Part shown: piece after piece, positions 36,413-46,032 of the stretch | How positions within the stretch are numbered: the first letter of the stretch is position 1 | Layout of the letters: every line of letters begins with the position of its first letter | NCBI GenBank assembly: GCA_043821645.1 | Contig: JBDRCO010000087.1 | Span: 64,001-128,000, forward strand | Origin: Pseudomonadota bacterium | Lineage (GTDB): Bacteria > Myxococcota > JACRCW01 > JAFGSX01 | DNA: 64,000 nt | Reading direction: 5' to 3' | Program-made: the position numbers and the translations under genes | Notes under the pieces: generated by a model | Seen by the model: only the letters and a program-made list of their open reading frames with translations | What the model was told of the DNA's origin: nothing | Databases searched by the model: none

Positions 36413-37579
36413 TCAGGCCACCACGCTGCGCGGGATGGCTGCAGGCAGGCGCACCAGCACCTCGTAGTTGAGAAAACGCGTCAGCTCGCTGAACGAGGAC
36501 ACGGTGATCTGGTTGCGCTTCTGGCGGCCGATGAGCACCACCTCGTCGCCGGCCTGCACCCCATCCAGATCTGTGACGTCGATCATCATCATGTTCATGT
36601 TGACCGCGCCTACCACCGGGGCGCGACGGCCTCGCACCAGCACGTGCCCCAGGTTGCTCAGGTTGCGGGCAAAGCCGTGGTAGTAGCCCACGGGAATCTG
36701 CGCGATGCGCTCGCGACGGGTGGTCTGGTACGAGGTGCCGTAGCCCACGAACTCGCCGGGTGGCACGCTCTTGACGCCCATGACGCGGCTCTTCCAGGTC
36801 ATCACGCGCTTGAGCGGATTGGCGGCGCGGTCCGCGCTTTCCAGACCCTCGCGCAACAGGTGGTGCATCTCGGTCTCGCGGCTGGGCCAGAAGCCGTACT
36901 GCATGATGCCGACGCGCACCAGCTCGAGGCGGCTCTCGGGGTAAGTGAAGGCTGCGGCCGAACAGGCCGTGTGGCGGGTGCTCACGTCGACACCGAGGCC
37001 TCGCAGGGACTCGACACCGGTCGCAAAGCGCTGCAGTTGCTGCTGGATGCGCAGGTAATTGCTGACGCTCTCGGCGCCGGCGAAGTGGGTGCACACGCCC
37101 TGCACCAGCACGTCGGCCGAGGCCTGCTGGCACATCGCCGCCACCTGTGGCTGCTCCTCGAGGGCGATGCCCGTGCGGTTGAGCCCTGTCTCCAGCTCCA
37201 GGTGCACCAGTGCCGGGCGGCGCACGCGCTGTGCCGTGGCGATGGCCTCGGCCAGGCGCGGCAGGTCGTGTACGAAGAAAGAGACGCCGGTCTCGATGGC
37301 CCAGGCCAGGGCCTCGCCGTCCACCGGCCCCATGATCATCACCTGGCTGTCCTCGGTGTGGCAGCGCATGCAGCGCTCGGCCTCGTCGGCGCTGAACACA
37401 GCAAACTGGCGCACGCCGCAGCGCTCGGCCAGGGGCACGAAGTTCTCGATGCCATGGCCGTAGGCATTGCCCTTGACCACCGAGCACAGGGTGACGTCGG
37501 GCCCGAGCTGCTCGCGCAAAAAGCGCAGGTTCTGGCGCAGCGCGCTCTCGCTGAGCTCTATCCACGACGGGCAGAACAT
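36413..37579 (-). CDS. alr: Alanine racemase family enzyme
   Basis: PLP-Lys motif VVKGNAYGHG, ETGLNRTG, THFA, VRVGIMQYG, VGYG catalytic Tyr region, VGYYHG. Confidence 0.88.
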   Translation of the reverse strand: MFCPSWIELSESALRQNLRFLREQLGPDVTLCSVVKGNAYGHGIENFVPLAERCGVRQFAVFSADEAERCMRCHTEDSQVMIMGPVDGEALAWAIETGVSFFVHDLPRLAEAIATAQRVRRPALVHLELETGLNRTGIALEEQPQVAAMCQQASADVLVQGVCTHFAGAESVSNYLRIQQQLQRFATGVESLRGLGVDVSTRHTACSAAAFTYPESRLELVRVGIMQYGFWPSRETEMHHLLREGLESADRAANPLKRVMTWKSRVMGVKSVPPGEFVGYGTSYQTTRRERIAQIPVGYYHGFARNLSNLGHVLVRGRRAPVVGAVNMNMMMIDVTDLDGVQAGDEVVLIGRQKRNQITVSSFSELTRFLNYEVLVRLPAAIPRSVVA

Positions 37580-38760
37580 CAGCTTCGCTCCCGCGTCGGG
37601 TGGCTGTCGCCGTTCAGGATCTGCCGCACCACGCGCTCGAGCATGGCCGCGCCGGTGCTGATGAGGGCGTCCGGGAAGTCGTAGCCCGGGCTGTGCAGGG
37701 CCGGGTGATCGACACCCGCGCCGAGCCCGAACAGGCAGCCGCGGTGGGCCGCGGTGATGTGCCCGAAGTCCTCGCTCCAGGCAAAGGGCTGCGCTGGCTC
37801 GAACACGTCGAGCTGCAGCTCGCGCGCCGCGCCCAGCACCAGGGCCTGGGCCGCGTCGTGGTTGTGAGTGGCCGGGAACACCTCGGTCCAGGAGGTGCGC
37901 ACGCCCAGGCCGTAGGTGGCCGCGGTGCCCCGGGCCAGCTGCTCGCAGCGTGCCACCAGCCTGGTCATCAGCGTGTCATCATGGCTGCGCAGGGTGGCCA
38001 TGACCGTGGCCCGACCCGGCGTGGTGCCAAAGGCCACATCGCCCAGGCGGGCGTGGATGACCGTGGCCTTGGCTCCCTCGTGCAGCGCCGTCAGGTCCTG
38101 GGGCAGGGCGCTCAGCGACTGGATGAGCTGCGCCATGGCCAGCGCCGGGCTGCGACCGCGCTCGGGCTCTGCCGCGTGCGAGCTGCTGCCCTCGAGTTCG
38201 ACGATGAAGCCCCGCGAGGCCGAGGCGAAGGCGCCACGGCGCACGATGACCTGGCCCAGGGCAAAGCCGGGCAGGTTGTGCAGGGCAAAGGCCCAGTCCG
38301 GCGCGAGCGCGGCCCAGCGCGGATCCGCCAGCACCTGGGCAGCGCCAGCTCCCGTCTCCTCGGCGGGCTGAAACAGCAGGATGGCGCGACCCCGATCCGG
38401 CCGCCTGCGCGACAGCACCCGGGCCACCGCCGCCAGCACGGCCATGTGTCCGTCGTGGCCGCACTTGTGCGCCAGGCCCGGGCTGGTCGAGGCGTGTGGC
38501 AGATCGAGCTGCTCGGCGATGGGCAGGGCATCCAGCTCCGCGCGCAGCAGCACTGACGGACCCTTGGCCCGCCCCTTGTACACGGCGGCCAGGCCGTGCC
38601 CGCTCAAGCCCTCGACGACGCTGTCGGGGGGGTGTTGCTGCAAAAAGGTGCGCACGAGGCCTGCAGTGCGACGCTCGTCCCCTGAGGGCTCGGCGCAGGC
38701 ATGCAGCGTGTGCCGGAACTCTGCGATGTCGGCGTCGACACCTGGCAGCGGGGACACCAT
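37579..38760 (-). CDS. M20-family amidohydrolase
   Basis: LRAELDALP, HKCGHDGH, FQPAEE, LHN, SSHAA, SEDF, LHSP. Confidence 0.92.
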   Translation of the reverse strand: MVSPLPGVDADIAEFRHTLHACAEPSGDERRTAGLVRTFLQQHPPDSVVEGLSGHGLAAVYKGRAKGPSVLLRAELDALPIAEQLDLPHASTSPGLAHKCGHDGHMAVLAAVARVLSRRRPDRGRAILLFQPAEETGAGAAQVLADPRWAALAPDWAFALHNLPGFALGQVIVRRGAFASASRGFIVELEGSSSHAAEPERGRSPALAMAQLIQSLSALPQDLTALHEGAKATVIHARLGDVAFGTTPGRATVMATLRSHDDTLMTRLVARCEQLARGTAATYGLGVRTSWTEVFPATHNHDAAQALVLGAARELQLDVFEPAQPFAWSEDFGHITAAHRGCLFGLGAGVDHPALHSPGYDFPDALISTGAAMLERVVRQILNGDSHPTRERS

Positions 38761-39923
38761 CAGGCCACCCCACCCGGACTCAGCACGGGCGGGATGTCGA
38801 CGCGGTCCGCGTCGTCCAGGCGATCGGCAAAGGTGCCTAGGTCGGGCTCCACCACGGTGGGCACGTAGCGCGAGCTGAGCAGGCGCGCGAAGGCCGAGTA
38901 GCTGGTGCGAAAGCGCAGGTGGTCGCCCACCTTGAGGCTGCCCGGCTCGGCGCCCACGTTGACCACGGTGATGTCGCTGCTGGCGCCGGCAATCTGGTAG
39001 TCCGGTGTCAGCGGGGTCAGCCCCGCCACTTCGGTGTCGATCTGGCCCAGGGCGAGCAGGGCGCGGTAGCCGCGGGCGCCCACCTCGGGCGGTGTCGCGC
39101 TGGCGGCATCGACGGAGGTGAAGGGTGTGGTGGCACCGAGCTCGGCGCTGCTTTGCAGGCTCTTCTCCTTGAGCTCGCAGATCTCGGCCTCCAGGGTGAG
39201 CACGTCGCTGCGCAGTTCAGGCAGCTGGCCTCCGGTGACCAGGTCGGTGCCCAGAAACAGGGCTTCTCCGATGCGGAAGTGGTTGATCCCCACCGGCAGC
39301 CCACCCTCGCACAGCAGGTGCAGGGTGGCCGAGGAGCCCGCGGACAGCACAGGCAGTGGCTTTTTGTACTTCATGCGCAGGTAGTCGGCGAACAGGCGCA
39401 GCTGGTCGACCTGATCCGGGCTGGGTGCGGCACCGGACAGGCAGCCCATCTGGGCACCGATGCCCACCACATCCAGATGCTCCAGGGCCTGGGCCGCGGC
39501 GTAGATCTCGTCGAGCTGCCCGGCCAGCACGCCCTCGCGCAGGTCCCCCTGCTCGATCATGATCAGGACCCCGTGCCGGAGGTTCTGGGCATGGGCGGCG
39601 GCATCCAGGGCCTGCAGGGTGGCGACCTCGGTGACCGTGCTGACCTGGGCCAGGCGCACCACCTCGTCGGCCACGGACAGGTGCGGGGGGCGGATCATCC
39701 ACTTTTCGGCATCGGGCATCATCTCGCCCAGGGCGCGCAGGTTGGCCACGCGGGTGTCGGCCACCGAGTTCACGCCGAGCAAACGCAGCGCGCGCAGGGC
39801 CTCGGCATGGCCGCCCAGGGCCTTGGTGACGACGGAGAAGCGGGCACCGTAGTCGCCCAGCCAGCGCGACAGGATGCGCAGGTTGTCGCGCAGGGCCCAC
39901 AGGTTGAGCACTACCCGGTTCAC
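38760..39923 (-). CDS. Alanine/ornithine racemase family PLP-dependent enzyme (Orr/YhfX-like)
   Basis: VVTKALGG (PLP Lys), ADTRVANL, MIEQGDLREG, SAGSS, INHFRIGEALFLG, GASSD; GTG start overlaps the GNAT stop. Confidence 0.88.
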   Translation of the reverse strand: MNRVVLNLWALRDNLRILSRWLGDYGARFSVVTKALGGHAEALRALRLLGVNSVADTRVANLRALGEMMPDAEKWMIRPPHLSVADEVVRLAQVSTVTEVATLQALDAAAHAQNLRHGVLIMIEQGDLREGVLAGQLDEIYAAAQALEHLDVVGIGAQMGCLSGAAPSPDQVDQLRLFADYLRMKYKKPLPVLSAGSSATLHLLCEGGLPVGINHFRIGEALFLGTDLVTGGQLPELRSDVLTLEAEICELKEKSLQSSAELGATTPFTSVDAASATPPEVGARGYRALLALGQIDTEVAGLTPLTPDYQIAGASSDITVVNVGAEPGSLKVGDHLRFRTSYSAFARLLSSRYVPTVVEPDLGTFADRLDDADRVDIPPVLSPGGVA

Positions 39924-40390
39924 GGGTTGCTCAGCCGCATCTCGAGGTACTTGCTGGTGAAGCCCACTCGCTCGTAGAGCCGCCGCGCCGGGTTGTCGTG
40001 CTCGACGTGCAGCTTGATGTCGCCGTCGCAATGCTCCCGGGCGCGGTCGATGAGCTGGCGCCCGACACCCTGGCCGCGCAGCGAGGGATCCACGAACACC
40101 ATCAGCAGGATCCACGACGGGATGTAGCCACCCATGCCCGTGCGCAGCATGAGGATGCCACCCACCAGTTCCTGGCCACGGCAGGCCGTGATCACAAAGC
40201 CACCGTCCTTGCTCGGGTCGATGTTGAGCCCGTACTCCAGCGCGCGGCGCACGTCGGCCAGGGTGTCGTGAAAGGGCTTCATCTTGTGGTGAAAGGACTC
40301 GGTGAGCCCATCCAGGGTGAGCCAGGCTGGCAGACTCTCGACGCGGTCGATGTAGGTATAGGTCAAAGCCTCGGCCAAGCGTTCCGCCAT
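39920..40390 (-). CDS. GNAT-family N-acetyltransferase
   Basis: Motif A VDPSLRGQGVGRQL, LHVEHDNPARRLYERVGF; RBS AAAGGAGG; TACAAT -10-like box at 40457-40452. Confidence 0.92.
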   Translation of the reverse strand: MAERLAEALTYTYIDRVESLPAWLTLDGLTESFHHKMKPFHDTLADVRRALEYGLNIDPSKDGGFVITACRGQELVGGILMLRTGMGGYIPSWILLMVFVDPSLRGQGVGRQLIDRAREHCDGDIKLHVEHDNPARRLYERVGFTSKYLEMRLSNP

Positions 40391-40595
40391 CGTGGCCTCC
40401 TTTCGAGAATGCCGCGCGAAGCTGCGCACGACGATGGGCGGGAAGGCTGCATTGTAGGCCGCGGCGCCCCGGGACACGACCCTAAAGCGGTTTCACGCCT
40501 GATCCTCCGCACCTGGGGCACCAGGGGAACCCGCCGGGACGCCCTCTCCGCGCGAGCTCGGGGCCGCGATCAGCACGCGGGCCACACGGGCTGCC

Positions 40596-41201
40596 TCACT
40601 CCTGCAAGCGCCTTGTTGTCTCACGCGCCAGGATGCGCACGTTCTCGTCGTCGTCGTGGCTCTCCACCCCCTGGAGCTGTTCCTTGTAGCGGTCCCAGCC
40701 CGCCTGCTGGATGGCAAACACCGCCACATAGCGCACCACCGCATCCGGATGGTCCAGCGCAGCGTGCAGTGCGGTGTCGGCCTCGGCGCAGGGATCGGTA
40801 CCCAGTCCAGCCAGCGCCATCAACAGCAGCAGGTTCGGCGTCGACTCGAAGCCCTGCGCCGCGCTGGCGGCGATCGACGCGTGGTCGTGGAACAGCGGGC
40901 TGGCCCGAGCCGCGATGGCCAGCGGATCGATCACCGACGGCGCCCCACTCAGAGCGGCGTAGCACACGTCCGTGTCCAGGGGCGGCTGCTGCTGGTCGCA
41001 CACGAGGTGAAACGTGCTGCCTGTGGCGGCGTCCAGGAACAGCCACTCCTCCGCGTGATCCGACGGTGTTTCGCGCCCGGAGAAGACGAACGACCGACCG
41101 AACCGAGACTGCCAGGCCACCAACAAATCCATGGCATCCGAGCGCAGGTGGTCGAAGTCGGCCGCGCCGTGGTTCTTCGGAATCAAGAAACACCTTGTCA
41201 T
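40596..41201 (-). CDS. Hypothetical protein with C-terminal HEAT-like repeats
   Basis: ALDHPDAVVRYVAV and HDDDENVRILA motifs; RBS AGGAGG. Confidence 0.7.
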   Translation of the reverse strand: MTRCFLIPKNHGAADFDHLRSDAMDLLVAWQSRFGRSFVFSGRETPSDHAEEWLFLDAATGSTFHLVCDQQQPPLDTDVCYAALSGAPSVIDPLAIAARASPLFHDHASIAASAAQGFESTPNLLLLMALAGLGTDPCAEADTALHAALDHPDAVVRYVAVFAIQQAGWDRYKEQLQGVESHDDDENVRILARETTRRLQE

Positions 41202-41546
41202 CCAAGGCCTCCTGTTCGGTGGAGAGTGACGCGTCCGAATCTGTCCTACAGTTCGAGGCGCTGGCGCCTCGCAGGATCGGGGAAGGGGCCTGAACCTGCA
41301 ACTGCCTGCTTGGGCTGTCGAGGGAACGTCGACCTTCCGTTTCAGTCGCGCGCCCTTTGCACCTCCCCGCGGTGTTCCCGGCGGCGGGGGGTGTCCTTGT
41401 GGTCAACGTGCATGTGCCACGGGCCAGGGTCCGCCTACGGTGTGGAGGGGTCCTGCGGGGGGCCATGGACGCACCTTGTACGCCTCGCTCTGCCACGCGC
41501 TTCGTGCTAGGAATCTGGCGGCTGTCGACGAGCCTCGGGGGCCTTC

Positions 41547-42614
41547 ATGCGAACCTGCACCTTCGTCTCGTGCTTTCTGATCTGCGCCTCGGTCCACGCT
41601 CAGAGCGCGCCCGCGACGAGCAGCGCCTCGGTGTTCGTGGTCGAGCCCAAGCTGGTCAACATCGCCCTTGAGTCCCTGACAGCGACCATCGCCGAGAGGG
41701 CTGCGAACAGCCTCGCCGAGCAGGGTCTGCAGGTGCTGACAAAGGACGACGTCCGCGAGGTCATCGCCCACGCCACCGACCTGCAAATTCTGGGCAGCGA
41801 CGCCGACCAGGGCTCCCTGGCGGCCCTGGGTCAGGCCGTGGGCACGCCCTACCTGCTGGCCACGGTGGTCAGCGCCGTCGATGACGACACGCTGGTGCAG
41901 ATGCGCCTGATCGAGACCGCCAAGGCCGCGGTGCTGTGCCGGCGCGAGGTCAAGGCGAGCGAGCACGGGGGTTCCCTGGTCGACGCCGTGACGGCCGCGG
42001 CACGCCTGGTGTCGGCGCCGGTGTTTGGCAGCATGCGTGGCACCCTGCACCTCACGGTGAGCGAGGAGGGTGCCAACATCCTCATCGACGGCGAGCAGAT
42101 CGGCGTCTCGCCCTTGCCGCCCACGCCCATCGCAGGCGGCTACCACGTGGTGGCCGCGACCGCCCAGGGCTTCATCAAGCAGCAGGAGACCATCCACGTG
42201 CAGGGCGACGAGGTCATCGCGCGCACCTTCACCCTGCGCCCCTCGCCCGAGTTTGCCAGGGAGTGGCGAGACACCTACGGGCTGTACCGTACCATCGCCT
42301 GGGTTGGCACCGGTCTCGCGGTGCCCCTGGCGCTCGCCGGGGCTGGGCTCGGCGCCTTCTGGGTCTACCGCTCGCAGGTCAGCGACCCGGCGCTGTACTC
42401 GGCGGTGCAGGACGAGGTGGAGCGGGATCTGCTGCAGCCCACCGACCCGCGCTACCGCGAGTTGGATGCCTCGCGCACCGACGCCGCCAATACCACCGCC
42501 ATCGTGGGCTCCTCGGGCCTGGTGGCGGGCTCGCTCCTGCTCGTGTCCGGTGGGATCGCCCTGTACTTCTGGCTCTTCGGCGAGGATCCCGAGCGCTTCG
42601 CTGCCTTCGAGTGA
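41547..42614 (+). CDS. PEGA-domain protein with signal peptide and C-terminal TM helices
   Basis: Signal peptide ...SVHA; PEGA GTLHLTVSEEGANILIDGEQIGVSPL...GYHVV; two hydrophobic C-terminal segments. Confidence 0.8.
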   Translation: MRTCTFVSCFLICASVHAQSAPATSSASVFVVEPKLVNIALESLTATIAERAANSLAEQGLQVLTKDDVREVIAHATDLQILGSDADQGSLAALGQAVGTPYLLATVVSAVDDDTLVQMRLIETAKAAVLCRREVKASEHGGSLVDAVTAAARLVSAPVFGSMRGTLHLTVSEEGANILIDGEQIGVSPLPPTPIAGGYHVVAATAQGFIKQQETIHVQGDEVIARTFTLRPSPEFAREWRDTYGLYRTIAWVGTGLAVPLALAGAGLGAFWVYRSQVSDPALYSAVQDEVERDLLQPTDPRYRELDASRTDAANTTAIVGSSGLVAGSLLLVSGGIALYFWLFGEDPERFAAFE

Positions 42615-42797
42615 GTGTCGCGCGACGCCTTCACGCACCACTGTCCGCAGTCCCAAAGACCTGCACCGCGCGAGTACAGGTAGGATATGTAGGCCTGCCA
42701 GAATTCGCATCGGGCTAGAATCGCAACAAAATCCAGGTCTGCGCGATACATTGGGATGAACGGCTGATCCAGATTCTGTGCTCGTGTGGAGGTTCCC

Positions 42798-44729
42798 GTG
42801 CCCCCTACCGTCCGCCGTAGCCCCGCTTCTCCCGCTGTCCCGCGTCCACCTTCCGGCGACGGTGGTGGCACCCACGTCGTCAAGAAGGGCGACAACCTGT
42901 CCAAGATCGCCTTGCAGAACAACGTGCCGCTCAAGGACCTGATCCAGGCCAACCCTCAGATCAAGGACCCCAATAAGATCTTTCCGGGACAGCAGATTCA
43001 GATCCCGGCGACCCAGCAAGCCCAGGGCCCGGCCCAGACCAGTGCCGTGCAGCAAGTGGCGCAGGGCCCGGCGGATGACTTTGGCAAGGCTGGCCAGCTT
43101 CCCGCCACAGCCATACAGGCGCGCACCGACGGCGGCCCGGACCTGAGCAAGGGCCCGGTGAACTCGCTGCTCGGCCAGCTCTCGGCCAATAAGAAGTCGC
43201 GTGAGAGTGGCAACGGCACGGCTGTTGGCGCGAGCAATGGCGACGGGCGCGGTCCCGTGCACGACGCCAGCCCGCAGGCGTCCACCGCGCGACCCGGCCC
43301 TGGCGCGGGCAACCACGGCAACGCGGTCAACGAGGAGGGTCACGGTGGCACTGCCGGTTCGACGGGTGGCCACGAGGGCGCCGTGGGCGAGCATGGCGGC
43401 GCGCACCACGGTCCCCACAGCCAGAGCAATCTCGACGAGAACGCAGGTGCCATGGGTGTGCTGGCGCGCGATTTCAACGGCAGCGAGGTGGGCAGCTGGG
43501 TGACCAACCCGAAGAGCGGGACCCAGCGCAACCTGCACCTGGAGCGTGGCGGCGGCGAGTCCATCCGCCGAACCGACAACAGGAGCGTGGGTGGGGACGG
43601 CACCTACCGCACCGTGACGACGGACAGACGCTCCACCACCAGCAGCGCCGAGTCCCACGACCAGACCTGGAGTCACCAGCGGGGTGATGGCAGCGGCGTC
43701 AGCGAATCCACCTCGCACAAGGTCGACGCCCAAGGGCGCACCCTGCGTAGCAACTCGACCAGCGAGACCGAGGTCAACGACGGCGTGGCGCACTCGACCG
43801 AGCGGCGCAGCGCCACCGCACGCAACCAGCAGGGGCAGCAGGTCGAGAGCGAGACCGAGACCACGCGCTACCGCAGCACAGCCAATGACGAGGAGTCGAG
43901 CCAGACCACGCGCCTGTCACAGCGCAGCGGTGGCGACGTCGAGGAGAGCACCAGCAGCTCGCACCAGACCGGCAAGTCGAAGGGGCAGAAGCTCGCTCAC
44001 GACGCCAAGGAGTGGGCCGAGCACAACGTCGAGGCCCAGGCCGTGCTGTACAGCAAGGAGGTGGCCTCGGGCTGGAAGGGCGCGGTCACCCACGACCGCA
44101 GCCTCAAGGAGGATCGCACAGGCGCGGGCTACGAGGTGCATGCCCTGGCAGCCCAGGGCAAGGCTGGCGTCGCCGCCACCGTGGATCTCAAAGAAGGCGT
44201 GGTGCGCGCCGGTGGCGTGGCCGAGGTGCAGGCCGACCTGGTCGGCGTGTCCGGTCGTGCCCAGGTTGGCAGCGTGAGTTCGGTCAAGGGCGCGGCCTAC
44301 GCTCAGGGTGAGGCCCACGTGGGCGCGCGCGCGGGTGTCGGCGGTGGCGTCGAGATAGACCCGCGGCATGGCACGGCCAAGGTCGCCGTTGGCGTCGAGG
44401 CCTTCGCTGGCGCCGAGGTGCGTGGCTCGGTGGGCTATCAGAATCGTTACGTCGGCGCATCGGTCGAAGCGCGCGGCCAGGCTGGCATAGGCGGCGTGGC
44501 CAGGGCAGAGATCGGTTTTGACAAGGGCACGTTCAAGGCTCAAGCCGACCTCGGTGCCTGCATCGGACTGGGTGGCCGCGTGCGTGTCGACGTGCAGGTC
44601 AACGTCGGCGCCATGTACGAGGACGGCAAGGCCGCGGTCAAAGAGGCGGCAAGCTACGTGGCCGACAAGGCAGCCGCGGCCAAATCCTCGCTGGCCTCGG
44701 GCTGGAACACCGTCAAGAGCTGGTTCTGA
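42798..44729 (+). CDS. LysM-domain protein with Ser/Thr-rich middle and Gly/Ala/Val-rich C-terminal region
   Basis: LysM HVVKKGDNLSKIA...LIQANPQIKDPNKIFPGQQIQIP; RBS GGAGG before GTG 42798; no hydrophobic signal peptide. Confidence 0.85.
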   Translation: MPPTVRRSPASPAVPRPPSGDGGGTHVVKKGDNLSKIALQNNVPLKDLIQANPQIKDPNKIFPGQQIQIPATQQAQGPAQTSAVQQVAQGPADDFGKAGQLPATAIQARTDGGPDLSKGPVNSLLGQLSANKKSRESGNGTAVGASNGDGRGPVHDASPQASTARPGPGAGNHGNAVNEEGHGGTAGSTGGHEGAVGEHGGAHHGPHSQSNLDENAGAMGVLARDFNGSEVGSWVTNPKSGTQRNLHLERGGGESIRRTDNRSVGGDGTYRTVTTDRRSTTSSAESHDQTWSHQRGDGSGVSESTSHKVDAQGRTLRSNSTSETEVNDGVAHSTERRSATARNQQGQQVESETETTRYRSTANDEESSQTTRLSQRSGGDVEESTSSSHQTGKSKGQKLAHDAKEWAEHNVEAQAVLYSKEVASGWKGAVTHDRSLKEDRTGAGYEVHALAAQGKAGVAATVDLKEGVVRAGGVAEVQADLVGVSGRAQVGSVSSVKGAAYAQGEAHVGARAGVGGGVEIDPRHGTAKVAVGVEAFAGAEVRGSVGYQNRYVGASVEARGQAGIGGVARAEIGFDKGTFKAQADLGACIGLGGRVRVDVQVNVGAMYEDGKAAVKEAASYVADKAAAAKSSLASGWNTVKSWF

Positions 44730-44746
44730 CCCGCTGAGGTTCCAAC

Positions 44747-45949
44747 ATGGCAGCAGCCGATACCCTGGCCAGCGCCCTGGCCCAGCTCGATGCCCAGTTC
44801 GTCGACGGCGATCTCAAGAAGCTTCGCAACACGATGAAGAAGATCGAGGCCGCTCACGGGGACGCGCCGGCGCTTCAGGTGGCCAAAGCTCGGGTGCAGG
44901 CTGCGGAGGGTGATCTCGACGGTGCCGTCAAAGCTCTCTCCGCACTGAGCCAGCAGGCGGAGGTGCGCGACCTGGCGAGCGGCTACCTGGGTGCGATCCA
45001 CGTCGCCCAGGGCCGCTACATCGAGGCCTTGCCGCTGCTACAGAAAAGCCTGAACTCCGGTGTCGACGACGCGGGCTTGCATCACGCCCTGGGGGTGGCT
45101 CTGGGGAGCCAGGCTCGGCATGACGAGGCCCTGCCGCACCTGGCCACGGCCGCCGAACACCTGCCGACGTCGTCACCAACTTTTTTCTATCTGGGCGTGA
45201 GCCTGGCCGAGCGTGGACGCTGGAACGAGGCAGCCGATGCCTTTGCCCGGAGCGCCAAGCTCGACGCACGCTACGTCGACGCCTTCGAGGCCCTGGCGCG
45301 GGTCGAGATCGAGCGCGGCCAGGTGGACCAGGCGCTGAAGGTCCTCGACGAGGGTCTGCGCCACAATCCCGAGGCCGTGGCGCTGGTTCGCCTGCGCATG
45401 CAGGTGCACGCGGACCACGGCCAGCCCGAGCAGGCGCTCAAGGCACTCAAGGCCATCCCGGCGGCCCAGCGTGACGTCGAAGATCTGTGCAACCTGACCT
45501 TGCTCAGCCTGCACCTGGACAAGTCCGCCGAGGCGCTCAAGCACGCCGAGGTCGCGGTCAAGCGCGGTGCGGACCAGGCGCGTGCTCACTACGCCCTTGG
45601 CCTGGCGCTGGAGGCCCAGCAGCCGCTCGATCGTGCACGCGTGATTGCCGCCTATCGCCAATCCATCACCCTGGGGGACCCGGGAGGCGAGGCAGGTACG
45701 CGGCTTGGATTCATGCTGCTCGAGGAGGCGCCGGGCGCCAGCGTGGCCGAGGCGGTGAAGGTGCTGGAGGCTGCGTCCACCCGCAACCAGGGGCACCCGG
45801 GCACCTTGCTCAACCTCGCCCTGGCCCAGGCCAAGGCCGGGCACGCGGACAGGGCGAAGCCACTGTGCCAGCAGATCCTCAAGGACCCACGCAGCAGCCC
45901 CAACCTCCGCGACCAGGCGCAGCGCCTGATGCAGAGCCTCGGGCGCTGA
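44747..45949 (+). CDS. Tetratricopeptide repeat protein
   Basis: Multiple TPR-like units (YLGAIH...EAL, HALGVAL...EAL, YLGVSL...EAA, YALGLAL, NLALAQ). Confidence 0.85.
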   Translation: MAAADTLASALAQLDAQFVDGDLKKLRNTMKKIEAAHGDAPALQVAKARVQAAEGDLDGAVKALSALSQQAEVRDLASGYLGAIHVAQGRYIEALPLLQKSLNSGVDDAGLHHALGVALGSQARHDEALPHLATAAEHLPTSSPTFFYLGVSLAERGRWNEAADAFARSAKLDARYVDAFEALARVEIERGQVDQALKVLDEGLRHNPEAVALVRLRMQVHADHGQPEQALKALKAIPAAQRDVEDLCNLTLLSLHLDKSAEALKHAEVAVKRGADQARAHYALGLALEAQQPLDRARVIAAYRQSITLGDPGGEAGTRLGFMLLEEAPGASVAEAVKVLEAASTRNQGHPGTLLNLALAQAKAGHADRAKPLCQQILKDPRSSPNLRDQAQRLMQSLGR

Positions 45950-46032
45950 GCCGCGACCGAGCGCGAAGTCCACCACCCGATCCTGTAGCATGGGCTCGAG
46001 CGCGCGCCGTGGCGCGTCGACCCGGGGGTCCC

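Noticed and set aside
41202-41546. Possible 6S RNA or riboswitch in the long intergenic region
   Set aside because: Could not build the long closing stem or find family signatures by eye
42723-42749. Possible sigma28-like promoter upstream of the LysM gene
   Set aside because: Only a partial CGATA match with a poor -35; too weak to support
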